64,000 bases of DNA from an uncultured Methylomirabilota bacterium (GCA_963845565.1 CAWJSJ010000002.1:2304001-2368000); one strand, 5' to 3'. Shown: positions 49,789 through 60,803, counted from the stretch's first letter. Notes: generated by a model from the sequence alone, not told the origin. Translations and numbers: made by a program.

Positions 49789-51879
49789 ATGAAGCGAACG
49801 GAGACGGCCAAGATCCGAAACATCGCCCTGGTGGCCCATGGCACCGCGGGCAAGACGACACTGACGGAAGCCCTCCTGTTTTGCGCCGGTGCCACGACAC
49901 GGTTGGGGCGGGTGGATGACGGCACCACGACGACCGACTTCGACGAGGATGAGATCCGTCGTAAGATCAGCATCAGCACCGCCCTGGCCTGGGCCGAATG
50001 GAAGGGGCACAAGCTGAACCTGGTGGACACTCCGGGTTTCGCCGCGTTCCTGACCGACGCCCGCAACGCCCTCCGAGTGGTGGACGGGGCGGTGGTGGTG
50101 GTGGGCGCCACGGACGGCGTGAAGGTCCAGACGGAAAAGATCTGGAGCGCCGCCGCGTCGCTGGAGCTTCCGCGCGCCGTCTATCTCTCCAAGATGGACC
50201 GGGAGCGGGCGGACTTCGCGCGCGCCGTGGAGGACGTGCGCAAGAATCTGTCGGCCAGCGCGATCCCGGTGCAGGTGCCCATCGGCAAGGAGGCGGGGTT
50301 CGTCGGGGTGGTGGACCTGATCCGCATGCGCGCCCTGCGCTTCACGCCGGATGGTAACGGAAAGCCGACGGAGGAAGATGTCCCGGCGACCGTACGGGAG
50401 CTGGCGGTGGGCCAGCGGGCGGCCCTGGTCGAGGCGGTGGCGGAGGCGGACGACCGGTTGCTGGAAAAATACCTGGAGAGCGGCGAACTCAGCGAAAACG
50501 AGGTGCGCGAAGGCCTCATCCGGGGGATCCGGGAGCAAAAGCTCTTCCCCATCCTGTGCGGGGCGCCGGCCCGGAACATCGGCGTGACGCCACTCCTGGA
50601 CCTCCTGGTCGAGGCGTTCCCGTCCCCCCTGGATCGCCCGCCGACGACCGGGACGGATGCCAAGGGGAACGCGGTCCGGTGCGAGGCCAAGGACGGCGGA
50701 CCCTTGACGGCCCTGGTCTTCAAGACCATCGCCGACCCCTTCGCGGGCAAGGTCACCATGTTCCGGATCTACTCCGGTACCATGACGTCCGACTCGTCGG
50801 TCCTGAACGTGGGCAAGGGGGCCAAGGAGCGAATCGGGCAACTCCTGCTCCTCCGGGGCAAGCAGCAGACGACGACGGAGGCCTTGGGGGCCGGAGATCT
50901 CGGAGCGGTGGTGAAGCTCAAGGAGACGGGCACCGGTGATACGCTCTGCGATGAGAAGGCACCGGTGCGCCTGCCGGAGATCACCTTCCCCGCTCCCGTG
51001 ATCTCGTTCGCGGTGGAACCGAAGGCGAAGGGTGACGAGGATAAGATGAGCATCGCCTTCACCCGGCTACGCGAGGAGGACCCGACGATCCAGATCCGTT
51101 ATGACCCTCAGACCAAGGAGACGGTGGTCTCAGGCATGGGGCGGGCGCACGTCGAGATCGTGGCAGAGCGCCTGAAGCGGAAGTTCGGCGTGGAGGTGAT
51201 GCTCAAGACGCCGCGGGTGCCCTACAAGGAGACGATCAAAGCCCGGGTGCGCGAGGTGCAGGGGCGCCACAAGAAGCAGACGGGGGGGCGTGGTCAGTTC
51301 GGGGACTGCTGGATCCACATGGAGCCGATGCCTCGGGGCGGCGGCTTCGAGTTTTCCAATCAGATCGTGGGCGGTTCCATCCCGCGGAACTTTATCCCCG
51401 CGGTGGAAAAGGGGGTCGTGGAGGCCATGGAACGAGGCGCCGTGGCGGGCTACCAGGTGGTGGACCTCAAGGTCGTCCTGTACGACGGTTCCAGCCACTC
51501 CGTGGATTCCTCGGAAATGGCCTTCAAGCTGGCGGGGCGCCTGGCGTTCCGGAAGGCCATGACGCAGGCCAAGCCCACCCTCCTCGAGCCCATCATGACC
51601 GTGGAAGTGACGGCCCCCAGCGAGTGCATGGGGGACATCGTGGGCGACCTGAACAGCAAGCGCGGCCGCGTCCTGGGCATCGATGCCAAGGGCCGCAATC
51701 AGGCGGTGAAGGCCAGCGTCCCGTTGTCGGAGATGCTGGAGTTCGATCCGCGACTGCGGTCCATCACCGGCGATCGGGGTGACTATAGCATGGAGTTTTC
51801 CCACTACGAAGAGGTGCCGGCACATATCCAGGAGAAGATCGTGGCCGAATCGAAGCCGGTGGAGGAGGAAGAGGAGTAA
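49789..51879 (+). CDS. Elongation factor G paralogue (EF-G2 type)
   Basis: EF-G length and domain order with divergent G motifs (AHGTAGKTT, RKISI, DTPGF, SKMD); [21 protein letters not shown]. Confidence 0.92.
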   Translation: MKRTETAKIRNIALVAHGTAGKTTLTEALLFCAGATTRLGRVDDGTTTTDFDEDEIRRKISISTALAWAEWKGHKLNLVDTPGFAAFLTDARNALRVVDGAVVVVGATDGVKVQTEKIWSAAASLELPRAVYLSKMDRERADFARAVEDVRKNLSASAIPVQVPIGKEAGFVGVVDLIRMRALRFTPDGNGKPTEEDVPATVRELAVGQRAALVEAVAEADDRLLEKYLESGELSENEVREGLIRGIREQKLFPILCGAPARNIGVTPLLDLLVEAFPSPLDRPPTTGTDAKGNAVRCEAKDGGPLTALVFKTIADPFAGKVTMFRIYSGTMTSDSSVLNVGKGAKERIGQLLLLRGKQQTTTEALGAGDLGAVVKLKETGTGDTLCDEKAPVRLPEITFPAPVISFAVEPKAKGDEDKMSIAFTRLREEDPTIQIRYDPQTKETVVSGMGRAHVEIVAERLKRKFGVEVMLKTPRVPYKETIKARVREVQGRHKKQTGGRGQFGDCWIHMEPMPRGGGFEFSNQIVGGSIPRNFIPAVEKGVVEAMERGAVAGYQVVDLKVVLYDGSSHSVDSSEMAFKLAGRLAFRKAMTQAKPTLLEPIMTVEVTAPSECMGDIVGDLNSKRGRVLGIDAKGRNQAVKASVPLSEMLEFDPRLRSITGDRGDYSMEFSHYEEVPAHIQEKIVAESKPVEEEEE

Positions 51880-51903
51880 GCGACCCCCAGGTGTATTTTC
51901 TCC

Positions 51904-51933
51904 TTGCGCCGCCTCGGCGTGCCGTGGTACTTT
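51904..51933 (+). promoter_or_regulatory. Promoter of the rimP-nusA-infB operon
   Basis: TTGCGC, 18 bp, TACTTT with extended -10 TG. Confidence 0.5.
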
Positions 51934-51941
51934 CGGACACC

Positions 51942-51974
51942 AGAGAGTGGGCGCCCCGCCCACTCTTTGTTTTT
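51942..51974 (+). promoter_or_regulatory. rimP leader hairpin (terminator-like)
   Basis: GAGTGGGCG-CCC-CGCCCACTC then TTTGTTTTT; matches the widespread GAGTGGG..CCCACTCTTT motif upstream of rimP. Confidence 0.8.
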
Positions 51975-51995
51975 CGGGGGCTGACAGGACACGGT

Positions 51996-52490
51996 ATGGC
52001 ACGGCCGAAAAATCCCGGGAGCTCGCCGCAGGCCGCGGAGGTTGAGACGCGTTTCCGGGCGCTGGCGGAACCGATTCTGACCGACCGCGGGTTGGAATTG
52101 GTCGACGCCGAGTTCCGTCGGGAACCGCAGGGCTGGGTCCTTCGTCTGTACATGGACAAGCCGGGCGGCGTGACGCTGGATGACTGCCAGCGGGTGAGCG
52201 AGGAGTTGGGCGACCATCTGGATGTCGAGGACTTCATCGGGCTTTCCTACCATCTCGAGGTGTCCTCTCCAGGGCTGGATCGGCCGCTGACCCGGGATCA
52301 GGATTTCGAGCGGTTCGTGGGGCAGGAGGCTCGAATCGCGACCCGGGAAGATTTCGAGGGCCGGCACAACTTCCGCGGCCGCCTGGCGGGACTGCAGGAC
52401 GGCGCGGTGTTGCTGGATCTCCCCGGCGGCCAGCGCGTGGCCATTCCCCGCCAGTTGATTCATCGCGCCAGGCTCCAGCCGGAGCTGTAA
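51996..52490 (+). CDS. rimP: Ribosome maturation factor RimP
   Basis: LRLYMDK..DDCQRVS, LEVSSPGLDRPL. Confidence 0.96.
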   Translation: MARPKNPGSSPQAAEVETRFRALAEPILTDRGLELVDAEFRREPQGWVLRLYMDKPGGVTLDDCQRVSEELGDHLDVEDFIGLSYHLEVSSPGLDRPLTRDQDFERFVGQEARIATREDFEGRHNFRGRLAGLQDGAVLLDLPGGQRVAIPRQLIHRARLQPEL

Positions 52491-52598
52491 GGCGGTCTTG
52501 GCGCTCCAGGCACGAGACGTGTCGGACGGCGCGGCGCGAGGGGGGTCGTTCGGGCCGGTGCGGCCCGTACCGTTCGGGGTCTACACGGGAGGCATGGC

Positions 52599-54002
52599 AT
52601 GGACCTGATGCAGGTCATCGATCAAATCGGTCGCGAGAAGGGCATCGAGAAGGGGATCCTCATCGATGCGGTGGGGGCCGCGATCCTTTCCGCGTCCCGC
52701 AAGAGTCTGCCAGTGGCGCAGGCGGCGCTGGATCTCCGGGTGGATTTCGACGGCAAGACCAGCCAATTCATGCTGTACGCCGTCCGGAAAGTCGTCGAGA
52801 CACCGCTCAACGTGAAGGTCGAGATCAGTCTGGAGGAGGCGCAGCAGATCAACCCGGGCGCACATCTGGGAGACGAGGTGAAGACCCCCGTGCCGGTGCC
52901 GGCCCAGAGCTTCGGCCGCATCGCCGCCCAGACCGCCAAGCAGGTCATTATCCAGCGGGTGCGGGAAGCCGAGCGAGACTCCGTGTTCCAGACTTTCAAG
53001 GAAAAGGAAGGCGAGCTGCTCCACGGCGTCGTGCAGCGCGTCATCAAGGGCAACGTGATCCTGAACATCGGCAAGGCCGAGGCGATTCTCCCCGTGCGCG
53101 AGCAGCTTCCCCGAGAAGAGTTCCGGGTGGGAGACCGGGTCCGGGCCTTCATCCTGGACGTGAAGAAGACCTCCAAGGGGTCCCAGATCGTCGTGTCCCG
53201 CACGCACCCCGGGTTCCTCAAGCGGTTGTTCGACTTGGAAGTTCCGGAGATCTACGAGGGGATCGTGGAGGTGAAGGTCGCGGCGCGCGAGGCCGGCGAA
53301 CGGGCCAAGATCGCCGTCGTCTCCAAGGACAGCAACGTGGACCCGGTCGGGGCCTGTGTGGGGTACCGGGGGGCTCGCGTCCAGGCCATCGTGCGGGAGC
53401 TCATGGGGGAAAAAATCGACATCGTCCCGTGGCGGGAGGACCCGGCCGCCTTCGTGAAGGCAGCCCTGGCGCCGGCCGACGTGCAGCATGTGACCGCGGA
53501 TTCCGAGACCCGGACGCTCAAAGTGATGGTCGCGGACGACCAGCTCTCGCTGGCCATCGGCAAGCGGGGGCAGAACGCCCGCCTGGCGGCGAAGCTGGTG
53601 GGCTGGAAGGTGGACATCAAGAGCGCGACCGAGTTGCAGCGGGAAGCCGGGGCAACCCTGAGCGGGCTGATGGGTGGCGACGCCCGCAGGGAGGCCGGCC
53701 CGCCGCCGCCGGACCCGGAGGCCGCGCTGGCGCAGTTCGTGTCCTTGCCGGGGGTGGGGGAGAAGCTGGCCGGGCGTTTGGTGGCAGCCGGCTATTTCAG
53801 CCTCGCCACGCTGGCCGAGGCCGAGGTTGAGGCGCTCCAGGAGATCGAGGGCATCGGGCCGAAGAGCGCCGAGCGGATCCTGCAGGTGGCGCGCGACGCG
53901 GTCAGCCGCCAGACCGGAGCCCCCGCGGGGGGGGAACCCGAGACCCCCGCTGTCGGGGAAGAGGTCGCCGACGCGGCAGCCCCGGCCGCCGAGGCGGTCT
54001 AG
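52599..54002 (+). CDS. nusA: Transcription factor NusA with C-terminal HhH extension
   Basis: FGRIAAQTAKQVI, DPVGACVG, SLAIGKRGQNARLA, IEGIGPKSA. Confidence 0.98.
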   Translation: MDLMQVIDQIGREKGIEKGILIDAVGAAILSASRKSLPVAQAALDLRVDFDGKTSQFMLYAVRKVVETPLNVKVEISLEEAQQINPGAHLGDEVKTPVPVPAQSFGRIAAQTAKQVIIQRVREAERDSVFQTFKEKEGELLHGVVQRVIKGNVILNIGKAEAILPVREQLPREEFRVGDRVRAFILDVKKTSKGSQIVVSRTHPGFLKRLFDLEVPEIYEGIVEVKVAAREAGERAKIAVVSKDSNVDPVGACVGYRGARVQAIVRELMGEKIDIVPWREDPAAFVKAALAPADVQHVTADSETRTLKVMVADDQLSLAIGKRGQNARLAAKLVGWKVDIKSATELQREAGATLSGLMGGDARREAGPPPPDPEAALAQFVSLPGVGEKLAGRLVAAGYFSLATLAEAEVEALQEIEGIGPKSAERILQVARDAVSRQTGAPAGGEPETPAVGEEVADAAAPAAEAV

Positions 54003-54006
54003 CGCG

Positions 54007-54327
54007 GTGGTGGCGTCCAGACCGGGCGGCGGTCCCCAGCGGACCTGTGTGGGTTGCCGGACCGTACGCGCCCAAGGACGCCTGGTCCGGATCGCGCTGG
54101 ATGCGTGCGGCGGACTGGCGGTGAATCCGCGGCGGGTCACGGGACGGAGCGCCTATCTGTGCCCGTCCCCCACCTGTCTGGAGCAGGCACTGCGCCGAAG
54201 CGCGCTGCCGCGCGCGCTTCGCGTCCAGGTGCCGAGGTTGGACGTGGCGATGCTCCGCCAGTTGGTCCGGTGCGCAGCCGCCGACGTGTGCGATACGCCC
54301 GTGGAGAGTTCTGGAGTGTCACACTGA
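54007..54327 (+). CDS. ylxR: YlxR/RnpM-family RNA-binding protein
   Basis: [21 protein letters not shown]; between nusA and infB. Confidence 0.85.
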   Translation: MVASRPGGGPQRTCVGCRTVRAQGRLVRIALDACGGLAVNPRRVTGRSAYLCPSPTCLEQALRRSALPRALRVQVPRLDVAMLRQLVRCAAADVCDTPVESSGVSH

Positions 54328-54371
54328 ACCGCTTTCCTTGCGCGGTCGCGGGAAAGCCGGAGGATGTCAGC

Positions 54372-57032
54372 GTGGGAATGGTTCGGGTATATGATCTGGC
54401 GACAACGTTCCGTCTGACGACCAAGGAAGTCCTGGAGCGGCTGCACGCGGGCGGGATCGACGCCTTGACGTTCGGCAGCACGGTGGACGAGGAACGCGCC
54501 CGAGAGATCCTGTCCCAGCCGATCGCCAGGATCCCCGCGCACGCCATCCGGCCTGGAACGGGCGCGCCGCCAAAGCCTGCGGCGCGCCGGAGCACCCGGA
54601 CGAAGGCCACCGCCGCGGCCGGCGATGGTGCGGAGACGCCCGGCGCGGCACCCAAGGCCCGCCCGCGGGCGAAGCCCCTCGCCGAGGGGGAGGTCAAGGC
54701 GGAGCCCAAACCGCGCGCCCCGCGGCGGCAGCCGCCCGTGTCGCCCCCCACGGCCAGGCCGCTGGTGGTCACCCTGGACGCCCCCACGGTCGAGCCGGCC
54801 GTTCCGCTCGTCACCGAGCCGCCCGTGCCGGCCCCCGAGGTGCATGTGTCACCGGAACCGGCCGTGGTGCCGGTCGCCCAGCCTGTCCCCGCTCCGGCGG
54901 AACGGGCGGAGGCCGCCGCGCCCGCCGAGCCCGCACCGGCCGTCGAGCCGCCGAAGCCGGTCAGCGTCGCACCAGCGGAGCCCGCGGCCGAGACCCAGAA
55001 GCCGGAACCGGCCCCGCCGCCCGAGGCTCCCCTTCCGCCCCGTCCGGCGCCGCCGGAACCGACCCGGGTGGAGCCGCGCCGCCCCCTGCCGTCTTTCCGC
55101 GGCCCCCGCCAGCATCCCCCGCGGCCCGCCGCCGCCGGCGACGGAAAGCCACGCCCACGCCCGGTTGTCGAACCGCCGCGGCCCGTGGCGGCCACGACGC
55201 ACGCCCCGGACGCGCGCACCTTCCCCTCGCGTCCGGCGCCCGTCGACGTGGCGCCCCCAGCCCCCCCGGCGCCCAAGATCCTCAAGGTCGGCGAGGGGAT
55301 GACGCCCAAGGAGTTGGCAGAAAAGATGTCCGCCACGCCCAGCGACGTGATCAAGCGACTGATCAAGCTCGGTGTGCTGGTGACCATCAACACCCCCATC
55401 GATCCCGAAACGATCGGGAAGGTGGCGCAGCAGTTCGGTTATACGATGGAGAAGGCCTCGCCCGAGGAGATGATGGAGGAGGGGGCGACCGACGTCGAGT
55501 CCCCCGATCTGCTGAAGCCCCGCGCGCCGGTGGTCACGGTCATGGGACACGTGGATCACGGCAAGACATCGCTGCTCGACGCCATCCGACACACCAACGT
55601 GATCGCCACCGAGGCGGGCGGCATCACCCAGCACATGGGGGCGTACGAGGTCGAGGTTCCCGGCCACGCCGTCAACCGGGTGGTCTTCCTGGACACGCCG
55701 GGCCACGAGGCGTTCACCGCGATGCGTGCCCGGGGTGCCCAGGCGACCGACATCGTGGTGCTGGTGGTGGCGGCGGATGACGGGGTGATGCCCCAGACGA
55801 TCGAGGCCATCAACCACGCCAAGGACGCCAAGGTGCCGATCCTCGTGGCGATCAACAAGATCGACCGACCGAACGCCGACCCGAACCGGATCAAGCAGCA
55901 ATTGACGGAGTACGGGCTGTTGTCCGAGGAGTGGGGCGGCGAAACCATTTTCGTCTCCGTCTCGGCCAAGCGGCGCGAGGGGATCGAGAATCTGCTGGAT
56001 AACCTCCTGGTGCTGGCCGAGGTGCAGGAGTTGAAGGCCAATCCGCTCAAGCCGGCGCGCGGTCTCGTGGTTGAGGCCGAGCTGGACAAGGGCCGGGGCC
56101 CGGTGGCGACGGTTCTGGTGCAGACGGGCACGCTCAAGGTGGGCGATTCCGTGGTGGCAGGTCTGCATCACGGGAAAGTCCGCGCCATGCTGAACGACAA
56201 GGGCAAGAAGCTCCAGGAGGCGGGACCGGCCACCCCTGTGGAAATCCTCGGCCTTTCGGGTGTCCCCTCGGCCGGGGATAACTTCGCGGCGGTGGGGGAT
56301 GAGCGGAAAGCCCGCCAGATCGCCGCGGCCCGGCTGGAACGCCATCGCCAGGAAGCCATGGTGAGCCAGCCGCGCATCACGCTGGACGCACTGCACCAGC
56401 AGATCGAGCAGGGCGCGGTCAAGGAACTCCGCATGATCATCAAGGGGGACGTGCAGGGATCGGTGGAGCCCCTGCGCGACTCCCTGGAACGGCTGAGCAC
56501 CGAGCGGGTCAAGGTGATCGTCATCCATAGCTCCGTGGGGGCCATCACGGAGAGCGACGTGATGCTGGCCTCGGCCTCGAACGCCATCATCGTGGGCTTC
56601 AACGTCCGCCCCGAGCCCAAGGCCCAGAAGCTGGCCGAGCAGGAGCACGTCGACCTGCGCCTCTACGCCGTCATCTACGAGGCCATCAATCAGGTGCGGT
56701 CGGCCATGGAGGGGTTGCTGGAACCGACGTTCGTGGAGCGGGCGGTGGGACGGGTGGAAGTCCGGCAGGTCTTCAACATCACCAAGGTGGGGACCATCGC
56801 CGGCTCCTTCGTGCTGGACGGGAAGGTGTTGCGTGACGCCTCGGTGCGACTGCTCCGCGACGGACGGGTGGTGCACACGGGGAAGATCGGGTCGCTTCGC
56901 CGGTTCAAGAACGACGTGCACGAGGTCCAGAACGGCCAGGAGTGCGGGATTGGCCTCCTCAACTACAACGACGTCCATGCGGGCGACGTCTTCGAGATCT
57001 ATGAACTGGAGCAGATCGCGACCACGCTCTAG
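54372..57032 (+). CDS. infB: Translation initiation factor IF-2
   Basis: RVYDLA N-domain; Pro/Ala-rich linker; [24 protein letters not shown] start with SD GGAGG. Confidence 0.98.
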   Translation: MGMVRVYDLATTFRLTTKEVLERLHAGGIDALTFGSTVDEERAREILSQPIARIPAHAIRPGTGAPPKPAARRSTRTKATAAAGDGAETPGAAPKARPRAKPLAEGEVKAEPKPRAPRRQPPVSPPTARPLVVTLDAPTVEPAVPLVTEPPVPAPEVHVSPEPAVVPVAQPVPAPAERAEAAAPAEPAPAVEPPKPVSVAPAEPAAETQKPEPAPPPEAPLPPRPAPPEPTRVEPRRPLPSFRGPRQHPPRPAAAGDGKPRPRPVVEPPRPVAATTHAPDARTFPSRPAPVDVAPPAPPAPKILKVGEGMTPKELAEKMSATPSDVIKRLIKLGVLVTINTPIDPETIGKVAQQFGYTMEKASPEEMMEEGATDVESPDLLKPRAPVVTVMGHVDHGKTSLLDAIRHTNVIATEAGGITQHMGAYEVEVPGHAVNRVVFLDTPGHEAFTAMRARGAQATDIVVLVVAADDGVMPQTIEAINHAKDAKVPILVAINKIDRPNADPNRIKQQLTEYGLLSEEWGGETIFVSVSAKRREGIENLLDNLLVLAEVQELKANPLKPARGLVVEAELDKGRGPVATVLVQTGTLKVGDSVVAGLHHGKVRAMLNDKGKKLQEAGPATPVEILGLSGVPSAGDNFAAVGDERKARQIAAARLERHRQEAMVSQPRITLDALHQQIEQGAVKELRMIIKGDVQGSVEPLRDSLERLSTERVKVIVIHSSVGAITESDVMLASASNAIIVGFNVRPEPKAQKLAEQEHVDLRLYAVIYEAINQVRSAMEGLLEPTFVERAVGRVEVRQVFNITKVGTIAGSFVLDGKVLRDASVRLLRDGRVVHTGKIGSLRRFKNDVHEVQNGQECGIGLLNYNDVHAGDVFEIYELEQIATTL

Positions 57033-57074
57033 CCGGCCGCCGGCCGCCGGCCGGAGGGTGCTGCGGGGTCGTCC

Positions 57075-57365
57075 ATGATGACGGTCGGCGCCTGCACCAT
57101 CGAGCTCCGGATCCCCGGGAGCGATTCCTTGAAGGCCAAGCGGCGGGTCGTGAAGAGCCTGAAGGAGCGCGTGCAGGGCCGGTTCCACGTCGCCATCGCC
57201 GAGGTGGACCGACTGGACGATTGGCAACGGGCCACCCTGGGGGTGGCCTGTGTGAGCAACGACTCCCGCCTGGTGGACGCCACGCTGTCCAAGGTGGTCA
57301 ACTGGATCGAGGTCAGTGGGGACGTGTTGGTGGTCGATTACCAGATCGACCTCGTCACCCACTGA
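57075..57365 (+). CDS. DUF503 (YlxP-like) protein
   Basis: SLKAKRRVVKSL..F.VAIAEVD..D.WQRA.LG; usual position between infB and rbfA. Confidence 0.88.
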   Translation: MMTVGACTIELRIPGSDSLKAKRRVVKSLKERVQGRFHVAIAEVDRLDDWQRATLGVACVSNDSRLVDATLSKVVNWIEVSGDVLVVDYQIDLVTH

Positions 57366-57477
57366 TCCCGCTCGAACCGCCGGTTCCCGCGCCGAGCAGT
57401 CGGTTTCCCATCGGACCGTTTCGGACCGACGGGGGCGACCATCGGACGCCGGGGGTGCCGGACAAGGTCCCGCGACG

Positions 57478-57843
57478 ATGCCGCTGCCGTTTCGACGTGC
57501 CGATCGGGTCGGCGATTCCATCCGACGCGAATTGAGCCGGCTCCTGCTCCGCGAAGTCAAGGACCCCCGGCTGAGCCAGGTGGTCGTCACGGGCGTCCAG
57601 GTGAGTCCGGACCTTCGCCACGCTCGGATCTCGTTCACGGCGGGCGTCGGACGGACCGACCGCCGGGCGGAGCTCCAGGGCCTGCAGGCGGCGGCCGGGT
57701 TCCTGCGGGGACAGCTGGGGCGGAGTCTTGGGCTCCGCTACGCGCCCGAGCTGGCGTTCGAGGTGGACGACTCGGTGGACCGGAGCCTCCACATTGCGGC
57801 CCTCCTCAAGCAGGTCGCACCTCCGGAGCCGGACGATGAGTGA
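57478..57843 (+). CDS. rbfA: Ribosome-binding factor A
   Basis: RADRV..VKDPRL..VSPDLRHA..GFLR..LRYAPEL.F..D. Confidence 0.95.
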   Translation: MPLPFRRADRVGDSIRRELSRLLLREVKDPRLSQVVVTGVQVSPDLRHARISFTAGVGRTDRRAELQGLQAAAGFLRGQLGRSLGLRYAPELAFEVDDSVDRSLHIAALLKQVAPPEPDDE

Positions 57844-58798
57844 TCTGGCACTGGCGGCGGCGGCGCTCGGGGCCGCCCCCTCGGTGGCGGTGGTCTCCCA
57901 CGTCAACCCCGAAGGGGATGCCATCGGGTCCGTGCTGGCGGCGGCGCTGGCGCTCCGGGGGGTGGGGAAGCAGACCGGGGCGTTCAACGCGGATCCGCTG
58001 CCACCGGGGCTGCAGCACCTGCCCGGCGTGGCCGAGTTCCGGCGAGAGATGCCGCGGGATCGGTCCTATGCGTGCTACTTGGTCCTGGACAGCGCCGATC
58101 TGCCCCGGACGGGAGGCCTGCTCGACGGGCGACCGCCGGACGCGGTGGTCTTGAACGTAGACCACCACCCGGGAAACACTCGATTCGGCGACGTGAACTG
58201 GGTGGACCCGACGGCATCCTCCGCCGGCGAGATGGTGTACCGTCTCCTGCGGGAGATGGCGCTACCGATTCTACCGGACGTGGCAGCGAATCTGTACGCC
58301 GCCATCCTCACGGATACGGGCGGCTTCCGGTATGGAAACACGACGGCGGAATCGCTCCGAGTGGCCGCGGAGCTGGTCACGGCCGGGGCCGTACCCGAGA
58401 CGATCGCGCAGGGGCTGGTGGCCAATCGGGACCTGGGGGAGTGGCGGCTCCTGAGTGAAGTGTTGGCCGGCCTCACGGTGGGGGCGGGTGGCCGGGTGGC
58501 CTGGATCGAGATCACCGCCGCGGCGCGGCAGCGCGCGGGCGTGGGGCTGGAGGTCACGGAGGATTTTATCCAGTATCCACGCAATCTGGCCGGGGTCCGG
58601 CTCGCCGTGGCGTTCAAGGAGATCTCGGCCGACGAGGTGCGGGTGAGCTTGCGCTCTCACGGGGAGGTGGACGTGGCGCGGTTGGCCGGCGCCTTCGGCG
58701 GCGGGGGCCACCGGAATGCCGCCGGCTGTACCATTCGGAGCGGGTTGGCGGCCGCCAGGGCGCAGCTGCTGGCGGCGGCCGAGGCGCTGTGGGCGTGA
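57836..58798 (+). CDS. nrnA: DHH/DHHA1 phosphoesterase (NrnA-like)
   Basis: SHVNPEGDAIGS, NVDHH, TDTGGF, GGGGHRNAAG. Confidence 0.88.
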   Translation: MSDLALAAAALGAAPSVAVVSHVNPEGDAIGSVLAAALALRGVGKQTGAFNADPLPPGLQHLPGVAEFRREMPRDRSYACYLVLDSADLPRTGGLLDGRPPDAVVLNVDHHPGNTRFGDVNWVDPTASSAGEMVYRLLREMALPILPDVAANLYAAILTDTGGFRYGNTTAESLRVAAELVTAGAVPETIAQGLVANRDLGEWRLLSEVLAGLTVGAGGRVAWIEITAAARQRAGVGLEVTEDFIQYPRNLAGVRLAVAFKEISADEVRVSLRSHGEVDVARLAGAFGGGGHRNAAGCTIRSGLAAARAQLLAAAEALWA

Positions 58799-58862
58799 GC
58801 GGCCCCAGGACCGAGGCGATACTGCAGCGCGCAGCGGCCCTTGGGAAACGATCGTGGCCAAC

Positions 58863-59822
58863 ATGATGAAGACCAGACCGGAAGTCCATGGAGTGCTGAA
58901 CGTCAACAAGCCGGCGGGGATGACCTCCCACGACGTGGTGGATGCGGTGCGCCGCATCCTGGGGATGCAGCGGATCGGGCACACCGGGACGCTGGACCCG
59001 CAGGCCACGGGGGTGCTCCCGGTCTGTGTAGGGCGAGCCACGCGCATCGCACAGTACCTGACCCAGGCGGAGAAGGAGTACGTCATGACCCTCCGCCTGG
59101 GGATCACCACCGACACGCTGGACGCGGCCGGCAAGGAGACGAGCCGAGCCGACGCGGTCCACGTCCGACGCGAGGACGTGGAGGCCATCCTGCCGCGTTT
59201 CGTCGGGGAGATTCTGCAGGTGCCGCCCATCTACTCCGCCAAGAAGCACCAGGGGGAGCGCCTCTACCGGTTGGCTCGGCGGGGCGAGGTCGTGGAGCGA
59301 CCGCCGGTGCCCGTGAAGGTGTTCGCGCTGGAGCTGCTGGGATTCGAAGCACCGGACGTGCACCTGAAGGCGACCTGCTCCAAGGGCACCTACGCGCGGA
59401 GCCTCTGCGACGACATCGGGCGCGCGTTGGGGTGCGGGGGGCACCTCTACGCGCTCCGGCGAACCCGGGCGGGCCGCTTCCTCTTGGAGGGCGCAGTCAC
59501 GCTGGACGGTTTGGAGGAGCGGGTGCGCACCGGACGGCTGGGGGAGGTCCTGATGTCGATCGCCGAGGCCCTGGCCCACCTGCCCGGGGTTCGCGTGGCG
59601 CCCGAGGCCGGACCGCTCATCCTGCACGGAAACGCCGTGACGGCCGGCATGGTGGCACAGTTCCCGGCGGAGGTGTCCCGCGGGACGTTGGTGCGTGTCT
59701 TGGGTTTTCGCAAGCAACTGCTGTCGTTGGCGGAGGCCGCGGTGACCTCGGAGGAGTTCGGCGCCTGCGAGCCGACCCGGATGGTTCTGGCGCCCGTCCG
59801 AGTCTTTTCCAGCGCCGGCTGA
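58863..59822 (+). CDS. truB: tRNA pseudouridine(55) synthase
   Basis: KPAGMTSHDVV, GHTGTLDP.ATGVL, CSKGTY. Confidence 0.97.
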   Translation: MMKTRPEVHGVLNVNKPAGMTSHDVVDAVRRILGMQRIGHTGTLDPQATGVLPVCVGRATRIAQYLTQAEKEYVMTLRLGITTDTLDAAGKETSRADAVHVRREDVEAILPRFVGEILQVPPIYSAKKHQGERLYRLARRGEVVERPPVPVKVFALELLGFEAPDVHLKATCSKGTYARSLCDDIGRALGCGGHLYALRRTRAGRFLLEGAVTLDGLEERVRTGRLGEVLMSIAEALAHLPGVRVAPEAGPLILHGNAVTAGMVAQFPAEVSRGTLVRVLGFRKQLLSLAEAAVTSEEFGACEPTRMVLAPVRVFSSAG

Positions 59823-59834
59823 GGCGTCTCGCCC

Positions 59835-60803
59835 ATGCAGGTGATCCACGTCGCCACCGTCGAGGAGTTTCGCTGGGACCTGTCCGACGCCGTGGTGGGG
59901 ATGGGAACGCTGGATGGCGTCCACGTGGGGCACCAGGCCATCCTGCGGCGTGTCGGCGAGCGCGCGGCCACCGAGGGGGGGGTGCCGGCGGTCGTCACGT
60001 TCGCCCAGCATCCCCTGGAGGTCGTCCGGCCGGCGCAGGCGCCGGCGCTGTTGACGCCGCTGCCACTGAAGCTGGCGCTTCTGGCCAAACTGGGGGTGGC
60101 CTGCGTGGTGGTGATCCACTTCTCCCCGGCCCTGGCTGCCCTGGACGCCCGGGAGTTCGTGGAGCGAGGCTTGGTCGGCGGCCTGGGCGTCCGCGGCCTG
60201 TGCGTCGGATACGACTTCGGCTTCGGCCGCGGGCGACGGGGCAATGTCGAGCTCCTCCGAGAGCTCAGCGTTCGGCACGGGTTCTGGCTGGACGTGGTGT
60301 CGCCGGTCTCGGTGGACGGCCAGGTGGTGAGCAGCCGCGCAATCCGAGGGCTCCTGATCCAGGGGCGGGTCGCCGAGGCGCAGCAGCTCCTGGGGCGCCC
60401 CTACTGCGTGGCGGGTGAGGTGGAGCGGGGCGAGGGCCGAGGCCGTGGGCTGGGGTTCGCCACGGCCAACCTGTCCGTCCCGGACACGGAACTGGCGAAG
60501 GACGGTGTCTACGCGGGGCGCGTCCTGGTCCGCGACGAGCTCCGGGACGCCATGATGAACCTGGGGACCGCCCCCACGTTCGGCGGCGGCAGGCGCCGGT
60601 TGGAGATTCATGTACCGGGCTGGGAGTCGCCGCTCTACGGGGAGCACCTCCTGGCGTTCTTTCTGGCGCGCCTCCGGGACGAGCAACGTTTTCCGGACGG
60701 TGCCGCGCTCAGCGCCCAGTTGGCGCGGGACCGCGACGCCGCGCGAGTCGTCTGGCAGGGTGCGCAGGCGCTTCCCTGGCCAGAATGGACTTTACACTCC
60801 TAA
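59835..60803 (+). CDS. ribF: Bifunctional riboflavin kinase/FAD synthetase
   Basis: [33 protein letters not shown]; conserved truB-ribF-rpsO order. Confidence 0.9.
   Translation: MQVIHVATVEEFRWDLSDAVVGMGTLDGVHVGHQAILRRVGERAATEGGVPAVVTFAQHPLEVVRPAQAPALLTPLPLKLALLAKLGVACVVVIHFSPALAALDAREFVERGLVGGLGVRGLCVGYDFGFGRGRRGNVELLRELSVRHGFWLDVVSPVSVDGQVVSSRAIRGLLIQGRVAEAQQLLGRPYCVAGEVERGEGRGRGLGFATANLSVPDTELAKDGVYAGRVLVRDELRDAMMNLGTAPTFGGGRRRLEIHVPGWESPLYGEHLLAFFLARLRDEQRFPDGAALSAQLARDRDAARVVWQGAQALPWPEWTLHS

Noticed and set aside
54520..55275. Pro/Ala/Glu-rich low-complexity stretch in infB
   Set aside because: Typical variable IF-2 N-terminal linker in high-GC bacteria; the frame is intact, so it is not a separate element.
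57400..57465. Several TCGGAC/CCGGAC words in the DUF503-rbfA spacer
   Set aside because: Irregular spacing and short length in high-GC DNA; not supportable as a repeat family or operator.
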